Source of the DNA: Octopus sinensis
Taxonomy: Eukaryota
Reading direction: 5' to 3'
Assembly (NCBI RefSeq): GCF_006345805.1
Contig: NC_043006.1
Span: 48,608,001 to 48,672,000, forward strand
Length of the DNA stretch: 64,000 nucleotides
A program made the position numbers and the translations under genes. The first letter of the stretch is position 1; each line of letters begins with the position of its first letter. The notes under the pieces are model-generated. The model saw nothing but the letters and a program-made list of their open reading frames with translations. It was not told where the DNA came from and ran no database searches. Shown here one piece after another: positions 27,872 through 40,060 of this stretch.

Positions 27872-28214
27872 TTAGCCCTTTTAGCATTCAGATTTCTGTC
27901 AAATATAATGCTTACTCATTCGCATTAACATGAATTAATCATGCATTATCTTCTCATGAGTTTTGAGATTTCTCAGAGAAGTGATTGTATAATATAGGGT
28001 TGGTGTGTGAGGCCAGATTTGACTGGTTTGAACATAGGATAGATATATGAGAGTCAGATCTGGAAGGTTTGAACAGAGGATAGGTGTGCGAGACCAGATC
28101 CAGCTTGTTTGGACACAGGATAGGTATATGAGGTCAGATCTAGCTGGTTCAAACACAAAACAGAGGTAGAATATTTGGGCTGGATATAACCATTTTAAAT
28201 GTTAAAGGGTTTAA
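27872..28214 (-). mobile_element. piggyBac-like MITE family P1 with internal about 39-bp tandem expansion
   Basis: Ends TTAGCCCTTTTAGCATTC...AATGTTAAAGGGTTTAA. About four diverged units (AGGCCAGATTTGACTGGTTTGAACATAGGATAG-like) at 27990-28150. P1 fragments also at 15100-15221, 28690-28843, 31706-31790, 32095-32195 and 57444-57612. Confidence 0.65.
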
Positions 28215-28250
28215 CCCTTTAGCATTTCAGGTTCCTCTGTCAAATGGAAC

Positions 28251-28665
28251 ACTCTTTACTCTTTTACTTATTTCAGTCATTTGACTGTTGCTATACTGGA
28301 GCACTGCCTTTAGTCAAGCAAATCGACCCCAGGACTTATTCTTTGTAAGTCTAGTACTTATTCTATCAGGCCCTTTGGCCAAACCGTTAAGTTATAGGGA
28401 CGTAAACACACCAGCTTCAGTTGTCAAGCGATGTTGGGGGGACAAACACAGATACATAAACATATACACACACACACACACATATATATATATACATATA
28501 TACGATGGGCTTCTTCCAGTTTCCATCTACCAAATCCACTCACAAGGCTTTGGTCGGCCCGAGGTTTTAGTAGAAGACACTTGCTCAAGGTGCCACACAA
28601 TGGGACTGAACCCAGAACCATGTGGTTCGTAAGCAAGCTACTTACCACACAGCCATTCCTATGCC
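28251..28665 (-). mobile_element. SINE family A, full length
   Basis: Identity to other copies. Confidence 0.9.
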
Positions 28666-29340
28666 TTTATTTACATTGATTTGAATTAGTCATGTTTCAC
28701 CTTGTATTACTTTCCAATGAAGTGATTGTTTATTTTTAGAATAATATTGCAGTGTTGGTGTGAGAGGCCAGATCTGACCAGTCTGAAGATAAAACAGCTA
28801 GATTATTTTGGCCAGAGATAGCCAGTTTAAATGCTAAAGGATTAAGGTTGTGTGAGGATTGATCCGGGAACCACAAGCTTACAACGCAAGTTCTTTAACC
28901 AATCATTGGACTACAACCATGTTTAAACACTGCTTTCACAGATTCAATCAATCCATATTGACTGTATTTATATTTCAGTCTATTATTTACCTATTTTATT
29001 AGTATCTATTTATTGAACTGCTAAGTTAGGTAACTTATTTATTTCTCAGTATTTTTGATTGTCTTTGTTTTATTTTCTATTTGAAACTTACCTCTGACGA
29101 AAAACTTGCTATACTGTAGCAGCCAAATCTCCCTCAAATCGCGCCTTGAACCTTTAGCTTTTAACTAACCGAATTTAGCTGAAATATTCTATGTTCAAGC
29201 TGGTCTCTTTTATGTTCAAACTTGACAAACCTGGCCTCTTGCACATTTCTTAAATGTCATTCTAAAAATAAACTATTATATCATCAAAATCTTGAAGTTA
29301 AAGATAATGTAGGATTAATTCAAAACAATGAAAACATTTA

Positions 29341-29845
29341 ATACAGTTCTATATTTAAGAGTTGAGGAATTATGTACGTTATTTACATTTGACAGATCTT
29401 TGTCCTCATCTTGTTTGTTGTTAACACAAAGTTTTGGCTGATATACCCTCCTGCCTTCTTCAGGTATCTTGTGGAAATTTCGAACTTGGGTTCTCATTCC
29501 TAAGGTATTTTTCGATGTTGTTGTTATATACCCTCCAGCCTTCATTGGGCATTTGGGCATATGGCGTAGTGATTAAGGGCGCGGGCTGCTAATATTCCGA
29601 GTTCGATTCCAGGCAGTGACCTGAATAATAATAATGATAATAATAATAATAATAACAAGAACATCAAAAATACCTTAGACCCTCCTGCCTTCTTCAGGTA
29701 TCTTGTGGAAATTTCGAACTTGGGTTCTCATTCCTAAGGTATTTTTCGATGTTGTTGTTATATACCCTCCAGCCTTCATTGGGCATATGGCGTAGTGATT
29801 AAGGGCACGGGCTGCTAAGATTCCGAGTTCGATTCCAGGCAGTGA

Positions 29846-29908
<63 letters not shown>

Positions 29909-30054
29909 GAACATCAAAAATACCTTAGGGATGAGAAACCAGGTTTGAAATTTCCCCCAAGACACCTGATGAAGGCTGGAGAGTATATCAGCCGAAACGT
30001 TGTGTTAGCAACAAACAAGATGAGGACAAATATCTATCAAATGTAAATAATGTT
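29341..30054. mobile_element. tRNA-headed, hammerhead-bearing non-autonomous element (Penelope-like 3' module) with inverted 3' copy and internal tandem duplication
   Basis: Inverted copy at 29341-29526 (minus). Heads at about 29555-29622 and 29780-29849 with A-box TGGCGTAGTGATT and B-box GAGTTCGATTCC. An (AAT)n spacer follows each head. Forward 3' module at 29905-30054 carries the ribozyme core. Confidence 0.75.
29961..30006 (+). ncRNA. Minimal type I hammerhead ribozyme motif (GUU triplet)
   Basis: Stem I GACAC/GUGUU. CUGAUGA 29966-72. Stem II GGCUG/CAGCC. GAAAC 29994-98. Loopless palindromic stem III (AACGUU), implying a dimeric form. A degenerate minus-strand copy lies at 29424-29468 (GAAAC>AAAAC, GUU>UUU). 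Confidence 0.8.
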
Positions 30055-30322
30055 AAGTATTGCATTTGTTGGATATTGTGCTAGTTATCTGTAAAAAGGA
30101 GTGGTGATCACAGCTGGAATGCCTTTGATCATGAATCTTTTTACTGGTTTAGCATTTATCTGAGGTTAAAACACAACCAGGAACCCTCTATGTAATTGTT
30201 TGATCTGCTAAACCTAGCAACCAAATATCTCTTCAAATCACATTCTGCCATTTTACAAAAAAAGGACACATCTCATAATGTGGTTTGGGGCTTGTTGTGT
30301 CTGAGAAAAAGACAGGATGATT

Positions 30323-30480
30323 TTTGAATACAAAATCTTTTCCCCAGTGTGTTCTTGGATACAAAAATCTTTGCTCCAAAATGTTCTTGGATACAAAAAT
30401 TTTGCTTCAGAATGGTCTTGGATGCAAAACCTTTGTCCACAGGGTGATCTTGCATACAAAATGTTTGCCCCAGAATGGTC
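30323..30480. repeat. About 31-32 bp tandem repeat x5 (TTGGATACAAAATCTTT...CAGAATGGTC)
   Basis: Five diverged units are visible. Confidence 0.8.
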
Positions 30481-31849
30481 TGTTCCATCAGGGTTGACTT
30501 GAGGGTAAACATTAACAACACCAACTCTAACAAATGCTGCTACCATTCCACCATCATTGACATCCCTACTATTATCTCTACAACCACAAATTACTTCTAT
30601 CACTACTACATCCTCAACTACCATTACCACCACCACCACTATCACTATCACTACAATGGATCCCCTGTCATTCCTCTACAACCTTTGTTATCTCAAAGTG
30701 GTTAATGCATTAAAACCCTTACCCTACCCTCTTCTGCCTTGTCTCTTCCTTGTGGGTCAAGTACATCAAGATAATAGGAAGAGGCCCTTGCTGTTCTGTA
30801 AAACATTACAGCTACTACTAACACTGCTTCTCCTCTGGAAGAATTCCCTGCCTCTTTATCTCTGTCAGATTCACTGGACTTAATTTTTTATTGGTTGTAA
30901 AACTGAGCGACCCTTTATCAAATATTAACAACAAACCACATGAGGATAATAAAAAAAATTAAGAAAAAAAGGTAATGATGGAAGCTTCTATGTGGTCAGT
31001 CAATCTCCTAGAAATAGCAGCTAAATCTACTTCAACTTAAAAGATGAATTTTATATTGTCATCCTAAAGATGAGATGGTCATGACCACCAGATCTTTGCT
31101 TATAACTGCTCAATCAAAGATGGACCAGGGTTACTCATGCATAAAAACTAATCCAGTGATTGCACCCTCTACACTTGATTTTTTTGATTTTCTAGAAATA
31201 GCAACCAAATCTCCAACACCTGATGTTCCAAAAAGGGAAGAACTCATTAAACAATATATAGCCTTAGACATACAAAATTCTTGAGATGGTCATAGCTGGT
31301 ATATCTTTGATCATTGGGGTTTGTTTGGTGAGGGCTGACTAAGCAAAAACAACTACAATAGGTAAACAACTGCACCAGTGGAGGTACCCTCTACACGAAT
31401 TCCCATAACCTGGTAGAAATACCAGCCAAAGCTCCCTCAAGGGAGACATTGAATAATGTTTTTGTTGAGAATATACTATTTCAGAAGAAATGATATCGGC
31501 CCTTGGGTATAGGTCTGCCCACATCTATTAAATCTAAATTGAGTCTAAACAGGTTATAAGGCAAGGCCAAACCCCAGTAACCCTTGACCTCAGACTGTTA
31601 AGGGATATAACTAGATGCTGCAAGACATTTTGAATTTTGATACAAGTACAAAACCACAAATCCAAAGCAGGGAAGGTATCTTCAATGAAATTAATCTTCA
31701 ATATATAAAACCCTTTAGCGCTCAGATTACTCTGTCAAATGTAATGCTTATTTATTCACATTGTTCTAAGTTAATTCTGCATTATCTTTTAGCTTCAGTA
31801 TTTCAATGATGTGAATAATTATTTTTACATGTGGTACCACAAAAAGTAC

Positions 31850-32085
31850 TGTGAGGTGCCACATGAAACCATCCAAGCAGCATGACACAAAAGCGCTCAT
31901 GCAGTGCTATGTAAAAGCACCCACCATACTCTGTAAAGTGGTTGGTGTTATGAAGGGCATCCAGCCAGAGAAACCATGCCAAGTCAAACTGGAGTCTGGT
32001 GCAGCTCCCCAGCTCTGGTCAAACCACCCCACCCATGCCAGCATCGACAATGGACATTAAATGATATTGAACGTTGATGATGATG
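31850..32085 (+). mobile_element. RTE 3' UTR fragment (family C), degenerate
   Basis: GGGCATCCAGC...CCCATGCCAGCAT...GATGATGATG tail. Confidence 0.65.
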
Positions 32086-33531
32086 AGAACGATGTTTCAG
32101 GGTAGGTGTGAGAGGCCAGATTTGGCTGGTTTTAAACATAAAATAGGTAGAACATTAGGGGCCAGACATGGCCAGATTAAATGCTACAGGGTTAACTGGT
32201 ACATAATTTTTAACAATTCTGGAAGGTTGGAAAGCAAAGTTGTGACCTTGGTGGAATTTGAACTCATAACATAAAATAACTAAATGCTGCATAGACATCT
32301 TGTCCAATGCCATACCTGTTTCTTTTCACCATTTTCCCATGCTGGCATGGGTTGAATGAATCGTAATAGACTGCATAACTTGCACTTTCACACTTAGAAC
32401 GAGAGAATATCGGTGAGTTTAGGTGCATTTCGTCATGCCACTGGCACTAGGGAAGTTGTCCCATGTGAGACAGACTGTTCCATATCAATTCTCATTGGGA
32501 GTTACTGCCCTCATTGACAGCAATAAATTCATTTAGCAATAAACTGAAGCTCACTAATTAGACCCACTTGCGATTTCCCCATGTCTTTGGGGGGAGAGAA
32601 AGCTAAAAATATGCAGAGAAGAAAACGAAACAACAACAACAAAAATCAAAACAAAAGCAATAAATAAAGAAACAATAAGAAAATAAGCATAATCACCAAT
32701 AAAAGAACCTCAAAATCTAATTAATAGGTAGCCATGGAATAAAGAAATATTTCAGTTACATCTCTGAAACAAGACACGTTTCTGTTACCCTGAGGATGTT
32801 TCCACTAGATTTTTCACTCACTGTCGATCACACACACACACCCCTCTCTCTCTCTCTTTCATCTCTCCTTCTTTCATCTCTCTTTCTTGTTATAACGTGT
32901 TGTCTTTTTTTTTATTCTTCTCTCCTGACATCAATGTCTTTTGAAATACCTTTCAGTCGAGATGAATATAATAGTCATTGGAGATTTCCTTGCATTATTT
33001 TTTTTTTTTTTGTAGCTTAGTATTGCTAATTCTTATTGATGCCTTTTAATTAAATCTGCTTTTAGAACTTACGCTTATCACAAACCCAGTTACAAAACCT
33101 GTTTTTTGGTGCTTTGCCAATGTCTTCCACTCAGCATTTTTTATTTATTAATATTATTATTTATTTTTGTTGTATTTTGTTTTATTTTTCTTTAATATTT
33201 CTGTCCCAGTTTATTACTGTGTCCTCCTTAACCTGGAGGCAGCCGTTCATCTTCTCTATTAGCACCTGAGCCAATGTGGTTACTCACCCTGCTAGAAATA
33301 GCAGACAATTCTCTTTTAAATCACACCCTAGCATCTTTAGAAGAGTGTAGTTTGCATTGCACGAAATGGTCATGCCCGGAATGCTTTTGAACGCACTTAT
33401 GCTCAGTCATTGGTCTGTGGTATGAACCCCAGTAATTATACAGAAATAATTTATTCTCAGACGCATGATAATGCTAATACAATAGCATGAACAAGATAAG
33501 CTATCCATATATTGCAGAAAAATTTGTCACT

Positions 33532-33603
33532 TGCCAGCCATGAGACTTGAACTCACATCCCTGTGATTACACGTCAAGTGCTTTACCTTTAAGCTAAACT
33601 GCC
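33532..33603 (-). pseudogene. tRNA-like sequence (tRNA-Thr(UGU)-derived pseudogene or SINE head)
   Basis: Minus strand GGCAGTTTAGCTTAAAGGTAAAGCACTTGACGTGTAATCACAGGGATGTGAGTTCAAGTCTCATGGCTGGCA. The T-arm is paired, the acceptor stem has one mismatch, the anticodon stem is broken and U33 is lost. Confidence 0.55.
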
Positions 33604-33989
33604 CAGTAACGAACTGTTCTGCAATTTTAGGATTTATAAATCTAGCTTTATATTATAGTAATTATATTGTTTTTATTCGGACTGCTACTTATTTTATTAA
33701 TCTCTCTTTCTTGAACTGCTAAGTTGTAATGTCATAAGCAGTTGAACAGCAATTTTCAAGTAGTAGAGTGGGGAGAGGCAAACACAAAGACATTAGACAT
33801 GCACTCACAAACACACATACGCACATGATGGGCTTCTACCCAGTTTCCACCTACCAAATTCAACCTGAGGTTATAGTAGATGATACTTAGCTGGGACTGA
33901 ACCTGAAACCATATGACTTCAAAACTACTTTCTTAATCACGTAGCTATGCATGTGCCTTTGTACACACACACAAACACACATATTATAT

Positions 33990-34352
33990 ATGAGGTATGA
34001 AGCTTGCTTCCCAATCACACGGTACCAGGTTCAGTCCTGCTGTGTGACACTGGGCAAGTGTCTTCTACTATAGCCTTGGGCCAACCAAAGCCTTTTAAGT
34101 GGATTTGGTAGGCGCAAACTGAAAGAAGCCTATATATATATATATATGTGTGTGTGTGTCCCCACCACCACCACCACCATTGCTTGACAACCAATGTTGG
34201 TTTTTTACATCCCTGTAACTTAGTGCTTCAGCAGAAGATACTGATAGAATAAACACGAGGCTTACAAAGAATAAGTCTTAGAGTCAATTTCTTTGAATAA
34301 AAAGCGGTGCTCCAGTATGGCCACTGTGAAATGACTGAAACAAGTAAAAGAA
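33990..34352 (+). mobile_element. SINE family A, degenerate
   Basis: Core, microsatellite and tail are recognisable. Confidence 0.75.
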
Positions 34353-34550
34353 CACACATATATATAATGTCATTATGCTTGATAAATATGATAAACATCA
34401 AAGAAATATAGCACTCAATACAGTTGGTAGAGTAATGTATTCATTTGTATTCAATAAACAAAATGATTAAATGTTCCTGAGGGATTGCTGTGGGCTTTGC
34501 TGCAGTCTCACACCACCTTTCCACTGTCTCACACACGCACACACACACAC

Positions 34551-34628
<78 letters not shown>

Positions 34629-34876
34629 GGTATGTAGAAAAATACAACATGGACAAGAACGTATAACTCTTAGAAGACGATACAATAAGCATGGACAGGA
34701 CATTCAAACCCCTCAGTCTTCAGTCAAGAACCGGATCATCGTAGTAATTTCGGCTGATATATATATATATATATATATGCTTGTATGTATGATGTTCTCA
34801 TTATATATCTATCAACTTTTCTCTATAGTCTTAATATGATGCTATGCATACATATATGCTCGCAGAAACACACACA

Positions 34877-34907
<31 letters not shown>

Positions 34908-35153
34908 CACATGCGCACACACATGCGCACACACAAACAGCTTGATAAATCTTCTTTATTTGAAATTGCTTGCTTCTTCTGTTCAGCTTTTGTTACTGTG
35001 TGACCAAACAAGACATTTATTCACATCTATTATTTATTACTTTTGGTTCTTTTTACTCTCTCACTCTCTCTCTTTTTCTGCTGTCTGAGTCACTATTGGT
35101 GGGTTTTTTTTTTAATTTTTTCTTTATATTTCTATTTACCAATATTTATTTAT

Positions 35154-35186
<33 letters not shown>

Positions 35187-35613
35187 GGGGAAGCAGGGAA
35201 ACAAGGGGGTTTGGCAGAGATAGAAAGTGAATGAAATACCATAGCTTTCATAGCTAGAAGCACTATTGTTCATATGCTAAAACTGATATAGCTGTTGTGG
35301 CTGTTATTGTTTAGCCCTAGGCCGGTCCTGATCGAAAGGACTTATGATTAGAGATTCCAGTCCTGGCCATACCATTGTTTCAATGGTATGTTTTACTTAA
35401 CGTATCCTCCTCTTTTCATTATGTACAAGACAGATAAGGTGTGAATAAAGTGAGTGAAGATTTGACTCTTTCTAGCATGTTTAGCTATCACATAGCAACT
35501 CCTTTTTTTTGTTGTTGTTGTTGTTGTTGCAGCTGCTGTATAATAACTCCAGGCCAATCCTGATCAAGAAGTCTCTATGATCAAAGGCATTTAAAAAAAA
35601 TTTTTTTTTTATA

Positions 35614-35781
35614 CAGAGTGGCTGTGTGGTAAGTGGCTTGCTTACCTACCACATGGTCCTGGGTTCAGTCCCACTGCATAGCACCTTGGGCAAGTGTCTT
35701 CTACTATAGCCTCGGGCCAGCCAAAGCATTGTGAGTGGATTTGGAAAACGGAAACTGGAAGAAGCCCATTGTATATGTGTG

Positions 35782-35820
<39 letters not shown>

Positions 35821-36025
35821 CCGTTTGTCCCCCGCCCCACATCGCTTGGCAACCGGTGCTGGTGTGTTTACGTCCCCATAACTTAGCAGTTCGGCAAAAG
35901 AGACCGATTGAATAAGTACTAGGCTTACAAAGAATAAGCTCTAAGGTCGATTTGCTCGACTATAAAGCCGGTGCTCCAGCATGGCTGCAGTCAAATGACT
36001 GAAACAAGTAAAAGAGTAAAAAAGA
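35614..36025 (+). mobile_element. SINE family A, full length
   Basis: Identity to other copies. Confidence 0.9.
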
Positions 36026-36157
36026 GAGAATATGGTGTTGTGGGTAAGAAGTCTGCTTTACAACCACATTTTCTCTGGTTCAGTCCCACTGCATGCTCTC
36101 TTGAGAAAGTGTCTTCTTGTAGAAAACTGTGTGGAAACCTGATGTGTGTGTGTGTGT

Positions 36158-36504
36158 CTTTTACTTGTGTCAGTCATTAGACTGCAGTCATGCTGGAGCA
36201 CCACCTTGACTTCTTATTTTTTTAGTTGAATGAAACAATCACTCGTTCTATTGGTCTCTTTTGCTGAACTGGTAAGCTATCGGGGGCATAAACATACCAG
36301 CATCAGTTATCAAGCAGTGGTAAGTGATAAAGACACACACACCTAAATATATATTTGGTGGGCTTCTTTCAGTTTCTGTCTATCAAATCCACTTACGAGG
36401 CTTTGGCTGACCCGAGGCTGTAGTAGAAAACACTTGCCCATGGTGCCATGCAGTGGGACTGAACCCGGAACCATGTGACTGGGAAACAAGCTTCTTACCA
36501 CACA
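36158..36504 (-). mobile_element. SINE family A, degenerate
   Basis: Tail, core and head are recognisable on the minus strand. Confidence 0.8.
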
Positions 36505-37243
36505 TCCAGGACATGATTTGAAGACAAGACAGTGTGATTTGCGGGAGATTTAGGTGCTATTTCATGCAGCTGAAGCAACCGTATAGAGGCTCTCACATTG
36601 TCTCATTAAAATGTGTGTTATACAGGAGGTGGGTAAAATTACACTGATGAAATTATTCACTGGGGCTTAAAGATTTCACCCTATATTTTCTTATTTTTAT
36701 AACCCCTTGTCTTTATTTTCACATCTCCCTCTCTTTCCATCAGTTCTTTTCGCAGTTATCTTTCCTTTACTTTCTCCCCTCCTTCATTCCACCCACCCTC
36801 TCTCTCTTTTCTCCTCTCTCTCTTTCTCTTCCATATTCACTCATGCAGTGATCTTTCTTCTGCCTTAACAGTTCTCCTCATCCACTGCCCTCTCACTCCC
36901 TCATTCCTTCCTTTCTTATCTATACGGCTTTCTCTCACTCCAATTCCATAGTAACATGCTGTATCTCCACACAAAGATGAAAGTAGAACCATTGTACATG
37001 TCAGCATATATTCTGCTTGCCATTATTTCGCTGCCACTATTATCACAACCACTCTACCACTACACCATCACCACACACTTTTACCATTTCCTAATGTCAC
37101 CAATGGAATTGCTTCAACCATCATTAGTGATTCCATCACCACCCCTCTACCACCTAGATTACAATTTTTAATTAAAATTTTTAGCTAATTTAATCCAATG
37201 TTACAAGAATATTATGTCATGATAGCTTGCCTCAGCTATCTCA

Positions 37244-37312
<69 letters not shown>

Positions 37313-37847
37313 GATGGGGCAATTCCAATGCAGCTTTCAACCAGTGCTTGAGGCTATTTGCACTCTTGAAATGTGTTCTTAAATAAAATCGAAATTCTTC
37401 TAGTCTTGAAATTCAGGTGTAGCATTGGTAAAGATAATGTGTGGGTTTAACAGAAAGTAAACTTTAATCCAAATAAGATTTAATCCAAAATGGATTAAGT
37501 AAACTTTAATCCAAAAGAGATTTTAGCACATCTTCAGTGACCCATTACAGTTGTTTCTGTACCACACTGTTTTAATGTTATTGCATATAAAAGTTCAGTG
37601 TGAAATATAATCACTCCGTCAACCAGACTTTCAGATGTTCTTATATATTTCTGATTACAATGTGCTTCCATTCTTCTGTTGCACCCTTCTCTTGCATTTT
37701 GGCCCAAATTTTTGACTTGTGTCATCTTATCTCAGAGGCTTTCAGAGTAGCTTCTTCTAAACTTTTGGTAACTGCTCTGATTCACTAATCCAGAAAATGA
37801 AAGGCTGCATTTGGAAAGAAAGGCCTGTGGATTCTCAAGAAGCCTAA

Positions 37848-37985
37848 CAGAAAGATCTAGTTGAGAAGGGTGTCAAACAAGGAGGTAGCATCTCTCCAAT
37901 GCTTTTCACTGCTTATCTTGGAATAGTCGTCAGAGACAATAACTGGAAAGGGGCATTAACACCAACAGTAAGCTACCTACTAACA
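37848..37985 (+). pseudogene. Decayed reverse-transcriptase fragment of an RTE-type LINE
   Basis: The frame from 37863 reads EKGVKQGGSISPMLFTAYLGIVVRDNNWKG, then after a frameshift GINTNSKLPTNI. This matches the non-LTR RT motif GV(R/K)QGxxxSPxLF...W..GI.I.G..L.NL. It is not in the ORF track. Confidence 0.65.
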
Positions 37986-38058
37986 TACATCCCTACCATT
38001 CACAGACTACTCAGTAAAATAGGTGTATGCATGTGTATATATGTATGTATTTGTATAT

Positions 38059-38260
38059 TTATTATATAAAATCCTTCTGTCTGTGTGTGTGTCTTCTAGG
38101 GTCTCGGGCATCCTCCATCCGATTGCGCTCAAATTTGATATGTAGATACCGACGGTGTCAGGGCATGTATAAATCTTGGAAAAATTACAAAATTTGATTC
38201 CAGGTGAGAATGCAATCGATAAAGCCATGGGAATGTGCATTTGTACGTGCAAGTACATCA
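38059..38260 (+). mobile_element. Possible non-autonomous Helitron/DINE-like 5' segment
   Basis: TATATAAAATCC-(CTGT/GT)n-...CATCCGATTGCGCTCAAATTTG layout resembles such elements; no 3' hairpin/CTAG end identified. Confidence 0.35.
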
Positions 38261-38555
38261 GTCGAAATCTGTCTTTTGCTGGTGTCTCAAATTTAGGTTA
38301 AATCAGTGTTTCTCAAAGGGGAGGCCTATGGGACGGTCGGACAAGTTGTTTTGAGAAAATTTGGTTTAAATGTTTGACAACTCAGCACCGTCCATTGGAA
38401 GGGGGCGTTTTGCTCGTATGTAATATATGTGTATATGTAATGTATATGTATGTACATCATCATTTAACATCCACCTTCCATGCTGGGACAGTACATCTGT
38501 CTGTATATATAATATATATGTATATATATATAATTACACGTATATATATATATGC

Positions 38556-38593
<38 letters not shown>

Positions 38594-39170
38594 GGATGTA
38601 TGTATGCATGAAAAATATACATGCACACTCATGAATGTGCGTACACAGGCATAATTTATTTTTAACCACCCCCATCATCATCATCATCATCAACATTGTT
38701 TAACATATGCTTTTCATACTGTCATGGATGGGCAGACATAAGACTCTGGAAAGATGCATCCATATCTGTGTGTGTGTGTGTATGCATGTGTTATTACACA
38801 CATTCCTGTATATAAATATATACATTTGTATGCAACTGTGCACAGGTGTATGTAAGCTAATAATCACAAGTATTAATAAGCTTTATCTTTGTGGCATGTG
38901 CTTGAACACACACACACACATACACACACACAACTATAACAATAGACAGCTGAAAGCTATCATTCACTGCTACTGCAATAAGATGCAGCTAGCCACTTCT
39001 TCTTCATCTGTCTTGGTTCTCCATTATGTCATCAATCATCATGCGGTCTTAACCATGTGATTATTACGTGTTCATCGGCAGAATCGGTAGAGCTGTCGTC
39101 AAAAATGGCATGATGTAGCTAGTTACCTCACCATGTGTGCTCTGAGTTCAAATCACACCTGTGTCATCTT

Positions 39171-39548
39171 TTATTTCTTTACTGTCCACAAGGGGTTACA
39201 CACAGAGGGGACAAACAATGACAGACAAACGAATTAAGTCGATTATATCGACCCCAGTGCGTAACTGGTACTTATTTAATCGACCCCAAAAGGATGAAAG
39301 GCAAAGTCGACCTTGGCGGAATTTGAACTCAGAACGTAGCGGCAGACAAAATACCTATTTCTTTACTATCCACAAGGGGCTAAACACTAAGAGGGATTAT
39401 ATCGACCCTAGTGCATAACTGGTACTTATTTAATCGACCCCGAAAAGATGAAAGGCAAAGTCGACCTCAGTGGAATTTGAACTCAGAACATAGCGGCAGA
39501 CAAAATACTGCTAAGCATTTCACCCTGTGTGCTAACAATTCTGCCATC
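39171..39548 (-). mobile_element. Head-to-tail dimer of SINE family B
   Basis: A near-complete copy (about 39356-39548) is joined at AAATAC/GTATTT to a copy lacking the first about 55 nt (39171-39355). Confidence 0.85.
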
Positions 39549-40060
39549 TTTCTGCTAACATTTCTGTGTCATCTTCGTCTTTCTCTAACTTCTAGGGACA
39601 ATAAAATAAAGTATTGCTCATGAATTGGAGGTAGATTGTTTAAACAATCTACCCCATCTCCCCACCCAGTAAATATATGTCCCGTGTACCTGTATCAGAA
39701 ATGGATATTATATGTGTCACATGAACACTTAGCTATTTCTTTTACTTCCTTTACATATCTGTGTCTTGGCTTAAAAAGGAGTTTAACCCCCAAATCTGTA
39801 GGGTGTTTGGAGATGTGATGAAGTTAAAGGTGTTTAGTCCTTATAATGGGGTTTGAAGTGATTGGAGTTTGTTCTGAAAAAACAAAAGAATGTTCAGTTT
39901 TGCTTGTTAATATGGCTTTGCACTGTGTTCTTGGTATGAGGCTGATACTGCCATTTTGGTGTTGTCCGTGTTTTTACACTGACTTATTAATTAGACATCA
40001 GACATTTTAAAGGTTCTCTCAATATCTCCCTTTCTCTCCCTCTATCTCATACCCCCTCTC

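Noticed and set aside
33532-33603. Functional tRNA-Thr gene
   Set aside because: Broken anticodon stem, missing U33 and no clear oligo-T terminator; treated as a pseudogene or SINE head.
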